Under the pieces are notes generated by a model. The model searched no databases. It was not told where the DNA came from and saw nothing but the letters and a program-made list of their open reading frames with translations. This document shows positions 7,635-15,389 of a stretch of DNA of 24,000 bases, one piece after another. Made by a program: the position numbers and the translations under genes. This DNA comes from Treponemataceae bacterium (GTDB taxonomy: Bacteria; Spirochaetota; Spirochaetia; Treponematales; Treponemataceae): the NCBI GenBank assembly GCA_045616125.1, contig JAZLGC010000002.1:23000-46999 (forward strand), written 5' to 3'. Numbering within the stretch: position 1 is the first letter of the stretch; each line of letters opens with the position of its first letter.

Positions 7635-8018
7635 ATGCCGGACACAAGACTTGAAGATTTTTTGACAAACAGTTTCTCTGTTACCGGTGCGTACATTGCA
7701 TTGAATACTACGCTAAAGAATTTTTTAGTGCTGGTACACAATAATTCCAGACTGCGCCCTTCATTTCAGAAAGCATCTGAACAATCACTGATTGCAGATA
7801 TACAGTCTATTTCTGACAACAATACCATACTCGGCGACGGCAACAAGCTGATGGAGCAAAAATCCGAATTTCTCAAAATGATCAAGTCCACCCACCACAT
7901 ACATTTTACAGAATCACAGAAATCGTTCTTGATAAAAATCATACAACAGTTTTACGACATCCAGACCAGAGAATTTGAACTACGTCAGCAAGAAAAATCT
8001 GAATTACAAGCACCGTAA
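7635..8018 (+). CDS. Hypothetical protein (127 aa)
   Basis: Strong SD AAGGAG at 7619-7624, 22 nt after the macro-gene stop, so co-oriented and probably co-transcribed. No recognisable domain. Confidence 0.6.
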   Translation: MPDTRLEDFLTNSFSVTGAYIALNTTLKNFLVLVHNNSRLRPSFQKASEQSLIADIQSISDNNTILGDGNKLMEQKSEFLKMIKSTHHIHFTESQKSFLIKIIQQFYDIQTREFELRQQEKSELQAP

Positions 8019-8032
8019 GGAAAATACCTTAA

Positions 8033-8248
8033 ATGACTGAATGGACACTACGGAAACCCGAAAGAGAATTATACCAGCTTGTTCAAAGACTTCGCTTAAC
8101 AGCTGCTACAATCGAAACATTCATGGTAACCGGAGGAAAAGCAGGTCAAGTCCAAAAATACGCATTTAAATCGAGTTTTGTATCCCTTGCGTACGGATCA
8201 TCGGCACAATTTCTTGTAAAAAGGCCGGAATACCCTGAAATTTGCTGA
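8033..8248 (+). CDS. Hypothetical small protein (71 aa)
   Basis: AAGGAAA sits ~10 nt upstream of the ATG, 14 nt after the previous stop. No recognisable domain. The short length makes the call tentative. Confidence 0.4.
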   Translation: MTEWTLRKPERELYQLVQRLRLTAATIETFMVTGGKAGQVQKYAFKSSFVSLAYGSSAQFLVKRPEYPEIC

Positions 8249-8372
8249 AATGTCATGCAATATACTGAAACACGTTAAAAATGCCAAAAGCAGCCAGTTT
8301 GTGCAAAAAATCATCCGAAACATGCCTGAAATACAGGGTGAAAAAGTGTGTTATGTAAAAAAAACGCTATAT

Positions 8373-8408
8373 AAAAAAAGCTCCGAAACCGAAGTCTCGA
8401 AGCTTTTT
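8373..8408. terminator. Bidirectional intrinsic terminator
   Basis: 11-bp stem agctccgaaac (8379-8389) / gtctcgaagct (8394-8404). Read on the minus strand it is GCUUCGAGAC-UUCG-GUUUCGGAGC with a UUCG tetraloop. It is flanked by A7 (8373-8379) and T5 (8404-8408), so it is followed by a U-run on both strands. Confidence 0.8.
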
Positions 8409-8412
8409 GAGG

Positions 8413-8486
8413 TGGACGATGAGAGGATCGAACTCCCGACATTCAGGGTCTAAACGAGAGGCTGGAAGGACTTTAGCTAATCGTCC
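8413..8486 (-). ncRNA. tRNA-like RNA gene (aberrant or degenerate tRNA; UAG at the anticodon position)
   Basis: Minus-strand sequence: GGACGAT-TA-GCTAAAGTCCTTCCAGC-C-TCTCG-TTTAGAC-CCTGA-ATGTC-GGGAG-TTCGATC-CTCTC-ATCGTCC-A(CC). The 7-bp acceptor stem is perfect and the T arm and TTCGATC loop are canonical. The D loop lacks the conserved GG, and the anticodon stem pairs at only 3 of 5 positions. It has its own promoter and terminator. Confidence 0.5.
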
Positions 8487-8513
8487 ATATAACTCATTTC
8501 TGAGTGCTGTATT

Positions 8514-8542
8514 TTTATACCAAATCAATTCGATTTAGTCAA
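8514..8542 (-). promoter_or_regulatory. Sigma-70-type promoter for the tRNA-like gene
   Basis: On the minus strand: TTGACT (8542-8537), exactly 17 nt of spacer, then TATAAA (8519-8514). It lies 27 nt upstream of the tRNA-like 5' end. Confidence 0.6.
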
Positions 8543-8560
8543 GCGTTACAGCCACGCTAG

Positions 8561-8633
8561 TCGGAACGACAGGATTTGAACCTGCGACATCCTGCTCCCA
8601 AAGCAGGCGCGCTACCAGCTGCGCTACGTTCCG
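8561..8633 (-). tRNA. tRNA-Pro (anticodon UGG)
   Basis: The minus strand folds as a canonical cloverleaf: CGGAACG-TA-GCGC-AGCTGGTA-GCGC-G-CCTGC-TTTGGGA-GCAGG-ATGTC-GCAGG-TTCAAAT-CCTGT-CGTTCCG-A. The anticodon loop is TT-TGG-GA. CCA is not encoded. Confidence 0.93.
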
Positions 8634-8647
8634 TTGCTGATGTAATG

Positions 8648-8676
8648 AAGATATATTTTATCACGACTTTTGTCAA
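8648..8676 (-). promoter_or_regulatory. Candidate sigma-70-type promoter for tRNA-Pro
   Basis: Perfect -35 TTGACA on the minus strand (8676-8671), followed after 15-17 nt by the A/T-rich TATATCTT. The -10 register is ambiguous. It lies about 15-20 nt upstream of the tRNA 5' end. Confidence 0.4.
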
Positions 8677-8876
8677 TAAGCGTAGAGATTTTTTTTCCAT
8701 CTTTTCTAATTATTAAAAACTTGTTATATTTAGTCAGGAACCAGAAGAAGAACCAGATGGTATTGAGCCTTGCTTACATTGCTGTACGTCTTTTGCTTCT
8801 TAAAACTGCTTACATGTGATTCTTCTGCTGGTACCTTTTTTATTTTGTTGATACTAAGGCTGCTAAGTTTTTACCT

Positions 8877-9476
8877 ATGAAGCAATCTGAAAAAAATTTC
8901 CTATCCCCACGACAACTGTCCATCCGCATATCTGCCGGAATCATGATTTTATTCCTGCTGATTATCTTAGGTCTTATCATTAAAGGCTTTTCCGATGGAA
9001 TCTTTACGTCAGTAGAAAGTTTACAACAGTACATATCTCAATTCGGTATATGGGCACCTATGGTGCTTGCTGTCTTTCAGGGAACAAAAGTTCTTGTTCC
9101 CGTTATACCATCAGCATTGGGGTATGCAGCGGGTACGGTACTTTTTGGACCACGCATCAGTTTTTTCTGTAATTATGCCGGAATCTGCGCAGGCTCTATT
9201 GCAGCTTTTTTACTGGCCCGAAAATGCGGGAAACCACTTATGGACGAAATGTTTCCGCAGGGAAAATATGCAAAGCTGACAGAATGGGCTTCCAAAAGCA
9301 AATCCTACACGGCAGTTCTAATCATTGCCATGATTCAACCATTTCTCCCTGACGATTTCTTTTGTTATCTTTCAGGTCTTTCAAACATGAAATGTCATAA
9401 ATTTTTCGCTGTAATTATTGCAGTACGGCCATGGATTATCCTTGGATACTGCTTTGTTTTTTCTTTCATAAATTAG
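8877..9476 (+). CDS. TVP38/TMEM64 (DedA-superfamily, SNARE-associated-like) membrane protein
   Basis: 199-aa polytopic membrane protein. Its glycine/proline-rich re-entrant-type segment (VLVPVIPSALGYAAGTVLFGP ... IQPFLPDDFFCYLSGLS) is typical of the YdjX/TVP38 family. The SD is weak. Confidence 0.65.
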   Translation: MKQSEKNFLSPRQLSIRISAGIMILFLLIILGLIIKGFSDGIFTSVESLQQYISQFGIWAPMVLAVFQGTKVLVPVIPSALGYAAGTVLFGPRISFFCNYAGICAGSIAAFLLARKCGKPLMDEMFPQGKYAKLTEWASKSKSYTAVLIIAMIQPFLPDDFFCYLSGLSNMKCHKFFAVIIAVRPWIILGYCFVFSFIN

Positions 9477-9497
9477 CACTATATGAGGTAACTTGAT

Positions 9498-10142
9498 ATG
9501 AAGAAAATGAAATTACTTGGGTACTGGAATTATACTGTTATTCTTACATACCTCGGTATGTTGTGTGGCTTCACCGGTCTTGTCTGCTGTTTCCACGGGC
9601 GACCAGACAATGGTATTGTGGCATTAATGCTGGCAGGTTTCTGTGACCTGTTTGATGGAGCAGTTGCTTCTACAAAGAAGGATCGTACTTCTCAGGAAAA
9701 AATGTTTGGTATTCAGATTGACTCCCTTAGTGACCTGATTTGCTTCTGCGTACTTCCCGGTATTCTTGTTTTCAGTGTTACACCAAACAGTATTCCCGTA
9801 CAGATTATGTCAACTTTTTTTGTTCTGTGTGGATTAATCCGTCTTTCATTCTTTAATGTTGACGAAGCCGAACGTCAGGCTCAGACAACTGAACCCCGAA
9901 AGTTTTTTCTTGGAATGCCGGTTACCATGTCTGCAGTATTTCTTCCACTGGTGTACGCCATTGTAATTCTGGAACCGTTCCTTTCAGAATCATGTCTTTC
10001 AATTTCACTGGTCATCATGGGGCTTCTTTTCCTCACTCCATTTGAACTGGGCAAACCACGTATGCTTGGAAAAATCTGTCTGTGTTTTTTTGGCATTCTG
10101 GAATTGATTCTTATAATAGTTGCTTTTCTCCGTATCCGCTGA
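9498..10142 (+). CDS. pssA: CDP-alcohol phosphatidyltransferase, probable phosphatidylserine synthase
   Basis: CDP-alcohol phosphatidyltransferase motif DLFDGAVAS...GIQIDSLSDLI (DGxxA...GxxxDxxxD). GAGG SD. Lies immediately upstream of psd. Confidence 0.75.
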   Translation: MKKMKLLGYWNYTVILTYLGMLCGFTGLVCCFHGRPDNGIVALMLAGFCDLFDGAVASTKKDRTSQEKMFGIQIDSLSDLICFCVLPGILVFSVTPNSIPVQIMSTFFVLCGLIRLSFFNVDEAERQAQTTEPRKFFLGMPVTMSAVFLPLVYAIVILEPFLSESCLSISLVIMGLLFLTPFELGKPRMLGKICLCFFGILELILIIVAFLRIR

Positions 10143-10151
10143 GGATGTTTC

Positions 10152-10967
10152 ATGAAAGCTGATTTTTACTACGAAAACGCATTCGGTCGCTTACTTTTGA
10201 ACATATTCCAGCATCTTGGGTTCTTTAAAGTTGCTGCCTGGTGGCTTCATACTCCTTTTTCAAAGCCCATGATTGCATCGTTCATCAAAGAAAACAACAT
10301 TGATATGACCGACTTTGCAGGACAAACCTATGCTCACTATGCAGATTTCTTTTCCAGAAAAAAAAATACACCGCTACCCCCTGCAGAAATAACAGATTTC
10401 ATCAGTCCATGTGATGGACTTCTCAGCACCTATCCCATCACAGAAAATCTGGAACTGCACATGAAAGGTTCTGTGTATGGAATAGAAGATCTTATTCCAG
10501 ATTCTGCTGCCGCCAGTCAGTTCAAAGACGGCCTTTGTATGGTATTCCGGTTGGAAGCTACTGATTATCATCATTTCTGTTTTGTTGATGACTGCACCAT
10601 GCAGGAAACCCATTATATTCCCGGGTTGTTGCATAGTGTTCAGCCTGTTGCACTTCGCAGTGTCCCCGTATTCCGCCTGAATCGGCGCTGGTGGACCATT
10701 CTTACTACCAAAAACTGGGGTACTGTTGCCCACTGTGAAATTGGAGCCATGGTTGTCGGCGGTTTATATCATGTTCCATCAGAAGGATTTCATACTAAAG
10801 GTTCTGAAATGGGAAACTTTACGCTGGCAGGTTCAACAATTGTCGTACTTCTTACAAAAGAAGCCCGAGATTCACTGAAATTACACGATCAATATCTGCT
10901 GGCTGCAGAATCTGACCAGGAAGTTCCTGTAAAAATGGGAACCGTCATTGGTTCAAAAAAAAAATAA
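10152..10967 (+). CDS. psd: Phosphatidylserine decarboxylase proenzyme
   Basis: The length and the C-terminal self-cleavage motif (FTLAGSTIVVLL, compare LGST) match the Psd family. GAGGA SD, 9 nt after the pssA stop. Confidence 0.8.
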   Translation: MKADFYYENAFGRLLLNIFQHLGFFKVAAWWLHTPFSKPMIASFIKENNIDMTDFAGQTYAHYADFFSRKKNTPLPPAEITDFISPCDGLLSTYPITENLELHMKGSVYGIEDLIPDSAAASQFKDGLCMVFRLEATDYHHFCFVDDCTMQETHYIPGLLHSVQPVALRSVPVFRLNRRWWTILTTKNWGTVAHCEIGAMVVGGLYHVPSEGFHTKGSEMGNFTLAGSTIVVLLTKEARDSLKLHDQYLLAAESDQEVPVKMGTVIGSKKK

Positions 10968-10982
10968 CACTTACCGGAGTAT

Positions 10983-11621
10983 ATGGTGAAATTATTCAAG
11001 AAATTTGATATTTCCAATCAGGCAGTAATCTGTATGGCCATTGTATACGGATTCAATATGCTGGTGTATGAAGCAACACGCCTTACTTTTACCGATGCAA
11101 CCATTTTCCATAACATGTCCATCAGCCTTGATTCCAAGATTCCTTTTGCCCCTTTCATGATTCTCTTTTACGGTGGCTGGTTTCCTTATCTGGTTATTAA
11201 TTTTTACCTGATTACCAGTAATACAAGAGACAAAGCCATACATTTTGTCAGCGCCCACGTTCTGGGTGAATTTATTGCAGGCATCATATTCATGACTTAT
11301 CCCACGATGATGGAAAGACCAGTGGTTACCGGTAATGATATTTTTTCTCTACTGGTAAAGTTCACCTTTTTTATGGATTCACCAAACAATTTATTTCCGT
11401 CAATTCACTGCTTTGCCGCGACGATGGCCGTTCTTGGAACCATAGGAAGGAAAGATTTACCCTGGCAATTCAGGTTATTCAACGTTTTTTTTGCTCTTTG
11501 TGTATATGCATCAACGGTTATGATTCGCCAGCACGTTCTGGTAGATATTCCTGCCGGTATCGGAATCGCCCTAGTGGGATGGTTTAGTACATACCCTTTT
11601 GTAAAACTTAAAAAAAGCTGA
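10983..11621 (+). CDS. PAP2-superfamily membrane protein (lipid phosphatase / phosphotransferase-like)
   Basis: Polytopic membrane protein with PAP2 C2/C3-like motifs PSIH (FPSIHCF) and RQHVLVD (R-x-H-x3-D). GGAG SD. Last gene of the lipid operon. Confidence 0.6.
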   Translation: MVKLFKKFDISNQAVICMAIVYGFNMLVYEATRLTFTDATIFHNMSISLDSKIPFAPFMILFYGGWFPYLVINFYLITSNTRDKAIHFVSAHVLGEFIAGIIFMTYPTMMERPVVTGNDIFSLLVKFTFFMDSPNNLFPSIHCFAATMAVLGTIGRKDLPWQFRLFNVFFALCVYASTVMIRQHVLVDIPAGIGIALVGWFSTYPFVKLKKS

Positions 11622-11626
11622 AGCAT

Positions 11627-11668
11627 AAAAAAATGGGGTGCACGCTAGAGTGCACCCCATTTTTTTTC
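11627..11668. terminator. Bidirectional intrinsic terminator between convergent operons
   Basis: Perfect 11-bp stem atggggtgcac (11633-11643) / gtgcaccccat (11650-11660) with loop gctaga. It is preceded by A7 and followed by T8. Confidence 0.85.
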
Positions 11669-11689
11669 ATATGGCGATATATTGCATTG

Positions 11690-13192
11690 TTACTTTGACA
11701 GTTTATACCGTGCAGTACTCATGGTATGACCATCGCTATAAACGTCAAACCACACTTCTTTTTTATCTGCAGTATCAAGAGCTGCATAAAACTCTTTCAG
11801 ATTAGTAACCTTTACATCATTAACTGCAGTAATTACATCACCAGTCTGCAGACGCATTGCTGCAGCAGGAGATTTGCTCTGAATATTCGTAACAACAACA
11901 CCCTGAACTTTTTTATCAGTAATTTTCAGGTTATCGCGTAAATCAGAAGTTAATGGATATGCAATGAAACCAGGCCACAAGTTCGAATCATTTGATACCA
12001 CAGTATCATTTCTTGCTTCGATGGTGGCTTTTACCGTCAATTCCTTGCCGCCACGGATTACCGTAAATTCAGCAACTTCGCCAACGGTTAAATCACCTAC
12101 ATCACGTACCAGCTGGTCCACATCTTTTACTGCTTTACCATTGAGAGAAACAACATAATCACCAGCCTGTAAGCCGCCTTTTGCAGCAGGACTTCCCTGG
12201 AATACCTGAGAAGCAAAAGCACCACTCTTTCCGGCAACACCAAGGGCTTCTTTATATTCGTCATTAACAGAAACAAGAGAAACACCCATCCATCCGTATG
12301 TTACTTTTCCGTCCTTAATGAATGAATCAATGGCACGCTTGATATTATTAATCGGAATACTGAATCCCAACCCTTGAGAGCCACCTGAAGAAGATGCAAT
12401 CCAGGTATTAATACCGACAATTTCTCCGTATATATTAACCAGCGGACCACCAGAGTTACCCTGGTTAATGGCCGCATCAGTCTGAATAAAATCACTGATA
12501 TTTCCAATGGTTGCACCGGAACGTCCCAAGGCACTTACAATACCCTGTGAAACAGATGACGCGTATCCCAGTGGGGTACCCATGGCAAAACAGATATCGC
12601 CAACCTGAAGAGCATCAGAATCTCCCAGTTTTGCTACTGGCAGTTCATCATCTGATTCAAAAGAAACCAGTGCAATGTCCTTCCGTTCGTCAGCACCTAC
12701 CAGTTCGGCAGGAATTTCTGTACCGTCATACAATTTTACGGTTATTTTTGAAGCTTCTCCTGCAACATGGTAGTTGGTTAAAGCATAATAGGTTTTCTTG
12801 TTTTTTCGTACAATGACACCAGAGCCTAAGCCTGATGTTTCATATTCCTGGGTTTCTTCCTGCAGACCATCGCCAAAGAAGAAATTAAACGGGAACCCGT
12901 TCATAGAACTTACCTGGCGTGTTTTTGTTTCAACAACGTCAACTTCAACAACAGAAGGAAGAACCTCGGCAGAAACAGCACGATTTGCCTGCTGAAGGGC
13001 TTCTATAACAGACAGCGCCTGTGTTGGAATCTGTACAGCGGGACTAGTATCGCCAAAGACAGTATTGCCGGTTCTACGGGCAGATTCAGCATCGGCAGCT
13101 ACGGTTCCTGATGAACAGGATAATGAAAAAAGAACAAATGAGAGAGCGGCAACAGCTAAAGTAGTACCAGCAATTTTTGTCCAACGTTTCAT
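11690..13192 (-). CDS. htrA: HtrA/DegP/DegQ-family periplasmic serine endoprotease with two PDZ domains
   Basis: N-terminal signal sequence. Catalytic triad contexts are NYHVAG, KDIALV and GNSGGPLVN. Two C-terminal PDZ-like repeats (GAFASQVFQGSPAAKGGLQAGD...; GVVVTNIQSKSPAAAMRLQTGD...). Confidence 0.9.
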   Translation of the reverse strand: MKRWTKIAGTTLAVAALSFVLFSLSCSSGTVAADAESARRTGNTVFGDTSPAVQIPTQALSVIEALQQANRAVSAEVLPSVVEVDVVETKTRQVSSMNGFPFNFFFGDGLQEETQEYETSGLGSGVIVRKNKKTYYALTNYHVAGEASKITVKLYDGTEIPAELVGADERKDIALVSFESDDELPVAKLGDSDALQVGDICFAMGTPLGYASSVSQGIVSALGRSGATIGNISDFIQTDAAINQGNSGGPLVNIYGEIVGINTWIASSSGGSQGLGFSIPINNIKRAIDSFIKDGKVTYGWMGVSLVSVNDEYKEALGVAGKSGAFASQVFQGSPAAKGGLQAGDYVVSLNGKAVKDVDQLVRDVGDLTVGEVAEFTVIRGGKELTVKATIEARNDTVVSNDSNLWPGFIAYPLTSDLRDNLKITDKKVQGVVVTNIQSKSPAAAMRLQTGDVITAVNDVKVTNLKEFYAALDTADKKEVWFDVYSDGHTMSTARYKLSK

Positions 13193-13362
13193 AATAAACC
13201 TCTGAAAACTACATTAAGTTTATGATGTATGATCTTTCACCGAGGAAGTTATCCCCGAGTGACACTATAAACATAATACTTTTCAGCCGCAAATGTTACT
13301 AAAAAAAGATAAATATTTTCCTAATAAACCGTTATATTTCAAACCAGTAAAGCAGTCATGCC

Positions 13363-14112
13363 TTAGTCACGCAGAGTCAAAATTTCAGTATGATCTTTAA
13401 AAACTGCAACCGTATGCTCTTCGTGACAGCTGATCTTTCCATCGGCCGTAACAATAGTCCAGCCATCATCAAGCTGTTCAACTTCAGGAACACCAAGATT
13501 AATCATCGGTTCAATGGCCAATACCATACCCGGCTGAATTCTGGGATTCGGTCCGCGGGATGGAAGATTCGGAATTGATGGATCTTCGTGAACAGAGAGC
13601 CCTACTCCATGGCCACAGAATTCATATACAACTCCGTACCCATGCTGAGAAGCTACGCCATACACCGCTTCTCCGATATCCCGGATACGATTTCCAGCTT
13701 TGCACGCTGCAATACCTGCGGCAAGACATTCTTTTGTTACCGCCATCAGCTTTTCGGCTTCGGGAGAAACTTTACCAATCGGAATGGTAACAGCAGAATC
13801 ACTGATGTAACCGTTCAAATCGATTCCGATATCCAGCGATACAATATCACCATTTACGATTTTGCGTTTTTTACTTGGAATACCGTGAATTACTTCATCA
13901 TTTATAGAAATGCAGGCTGCACCATCGAAATCTTCTGCATACCATGCAGGTTTACCACCATGACGGGTAATAAATTCGACAACCATGTCATCAACATCAC
14001 GGGTAGACATACCAGCCTGTATTTTTGGAATAATATCTTTGTACAACTGAGCCAGAAGGTGGCAGGATTCACGGATTCCGGCAATCTGTTTTTCATTCTT
14101 TAAGCGTATCAT
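13363..14112 (-). CDS. map: Methionine aminopeptidase, type I
   Basis: 249 aa with MetAP-I metal-ligand contexts (SLDIGIDLNGYISD, FCGHGVG, LAIEPM, CHEEHT). The start overlaps the upstream stop as ATGA. Confidence 0.92.
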   Translation of the reverse strand: MIRLKNEKQIAGIRESCHLLAQLYKDIIPKIQAGMSTRDVDDMVVEFITRHGGKPAWYAEDFDGAACISINDEVIHGIPSKKRKIVNGDIVSLDIGIDLNGYISDSAVTIPIGKVSPEAEKLMAVTKECLAAGIAACKAGNRIRDIGEAVYGVASQHGYGVVYEFCGHGVGLSVHEDPSIPNLPSRGPNPRIQPGMVLAIEPMINLGVPEVEQLDDGWTIVTADGKISCHEEHTVAVFKDHTEILTLRD

Positions 14113-14954
14113 ATATTTCCTCCGTATTTCCTACGTAACTGAGATCCCATCTGTACAGATGGATCAAGACGTAATGCTTCTTCAAGACATATGCGGGTAG
14201 TATTTGAGTCCCCCATTCTGTCATATACTTCAGCCATTTTCATAAAAAGTAATGCATCATCTTTGTTCGAGAGCTTCAACTCAAGAGCCCGTTCCCAAGC
14301 ATCCAAAGCCAGTTCATCCGGAACGCTTCCTCCCAACTGACGGAACAATACCTGACGCATCAGAAGCAGAACTTCCGGAAAGAAATGTCTGAAATATGAA
14401 TAACTGTATTCCATGCGGATAATCTGTTCAAGCAGCACTACCGCATCATAGTATTCACCACGCAGAATCAGTTCTTCAGAAAGTATAAAACCATAGTCCA
14501 TAAAATCTTCTCGGGTGAACCACCGTGACAGAGAAAAACTTGGAATTTCAGTATTCAGCTGTTTAAAAAGAGCAACTGCATCATCTTCCCGATGATGCAT
14601 CAGATCAAAGAAGATGAGTTTACAACGGCTTTCTTCATCAGTACGTGCAGAAAGCCATCTGCGGTAATCAAAGGAGTCTTCACTTTTCCGGCTTTTCTGG
14701 TACCGCATATGATGAGAAAACTGCTCATCAAAAAGTGAACGCTGATGAATATTTGAGAGAATTTCGTAGGCTTGAGTTAAAAGACGAAAGTCTTCAGCGG
14801 CCTGAGCCAGCGCTTTATCAGCACCAGCGGCATCTTTTACAGCGGCCTGAAGGGTATCCGGATGCAGCAGCTTTGCCTTTGCCCGGTAGGCACGCTTTAT
14901 TTCAGCTGCCGATGCCGTCTGGCTTACTCCGAGAATCTGATAATAGTCTTGCAT
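14109..14954 (-). CDS. J-domain (DnaJ-like) protein with C-terminal helical-repeat (TPR-like) region
   Basis: N-terminal J domain DYYQILGV...AYRAKAKLLHPD with the HPD tripeptide. It lacks the Gly/Phe and zinc-finger regions of canonical DnaJ. Confidence 0.8.
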   Translation of the reverse strand: MQDYYQILGVSQTASAAEIKRAYRAKAKLLHPDTLQAAVKDAAGADKALAQAAEDFRLLTQAYEILSNIHQRSLFDEQFSHHMRYQKSRKSEDSFDYRRWLSARTDEESRCKLIFFDLMHHREDDAVALFKQLNTEIPSFSLSRWFTREDFMDYGFILSEELILRGEYYDAVVLLEQIIRMEYSYSYFRHFFPEVLLLMRQVLFRQLGGSVPDELALDAWERALELKLSNKDDALLFMKMAEVYDRMGDSNTTRICLEEALRLDPSVQMGSQLRRKYGGNI

Positions 14955-14966
14955 AAATCGGATACC

Positions 14967-15377
14967 TCAGCCGATTTTTCTTCCCACACTTGGAGCATGT
15001 TCGGCATTAAGAATTACATCAAAGTAATCAAGTTTCATGCCTTCTTTTTCCATGTGGTACATTACTGCACGACACATTTTTTCAGACTGAAATCCCCGCT
15101 TAACAACAAGAGCACAGCCTTTTTTGCCGCTTACGTTTCCACACTGGGACAGGATAAAAGGAAGTTTTTCGGGAACTTTGGCTCCGAAAAGTGCAGAAGC
15201 CTGCACTACAACAGCAATATAATCGTATCCGGTAGTACGGAGGGTATCACTTTCAAGGGCAGCGTCTTTAACGTCTACCTGATTACCCTTTTCAATGGCA
15301 GACTTTTCAAGTGCACCAAGAATTTTTTTGTGGTTTTCGTTTTCTTTATTTAAGAATGAGAGAATAAGTACGCGCAT
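14967..15377 (-). CDS. Hypothetical protein (136 aa; possible flavodoxin-like fold)
   Basis: Tightly packed in the operon, 12 nt from each neighbour. The N-terminal MRVLILSF beta-strand start pattern suggests a flavodoxin-like fold, but no FMN-loop motif is seen. Function unknown. Confidence 0.6.
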   Translation of the reverse strand: MRVLILSFLNKENENHKKILGALEKSAIEKGNQVDVKDAALESDTLRTTGYDYIAVVVQASALFGAKVPEKLPFILSQCGNVSGKKGCALVVKRGFQSEKMCRAVMYHMEKEGMKLDYFDVILNAEHAPSVGRKIG

Positions 15378-15389
15378 AGTGTCCTCAGA

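Noticed and set aside
8250-8453. A 67-aa plus-strand ORF following the 71-aa gene.
   Set aside because: It reads straight through the strong bidirectional terminator (8373-8408) and into the tRNA-like gene on the opposite strand. Its lysine-rich composition reflects A-rich intergenic DNA.
8411-8486. The tRNA-like 3' half (T arm plus acceptor plus ACC) as the 3' end of a tmRNA (ssrA).
   Set aside because: A tmRNA 5' end would have to lie ~300 nt further along, but tRNA-Pro occupies 8561-8633. A matching 5' acceptor strand occurs only 74 nt away. The 3:70 pair is A:U, not the G:U needed for alanylation.
5700-8700. The AT-rich islet beside tRNA genes as an integrated prophage remnant or integrative element.
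   Set aside because: I found no integrase, excisionase or phage structural genes. There is also no direct repeat of either tRNA 3' end at the distal boundary. Only composition and location support the idea, so it is kept as context within the islet finding.
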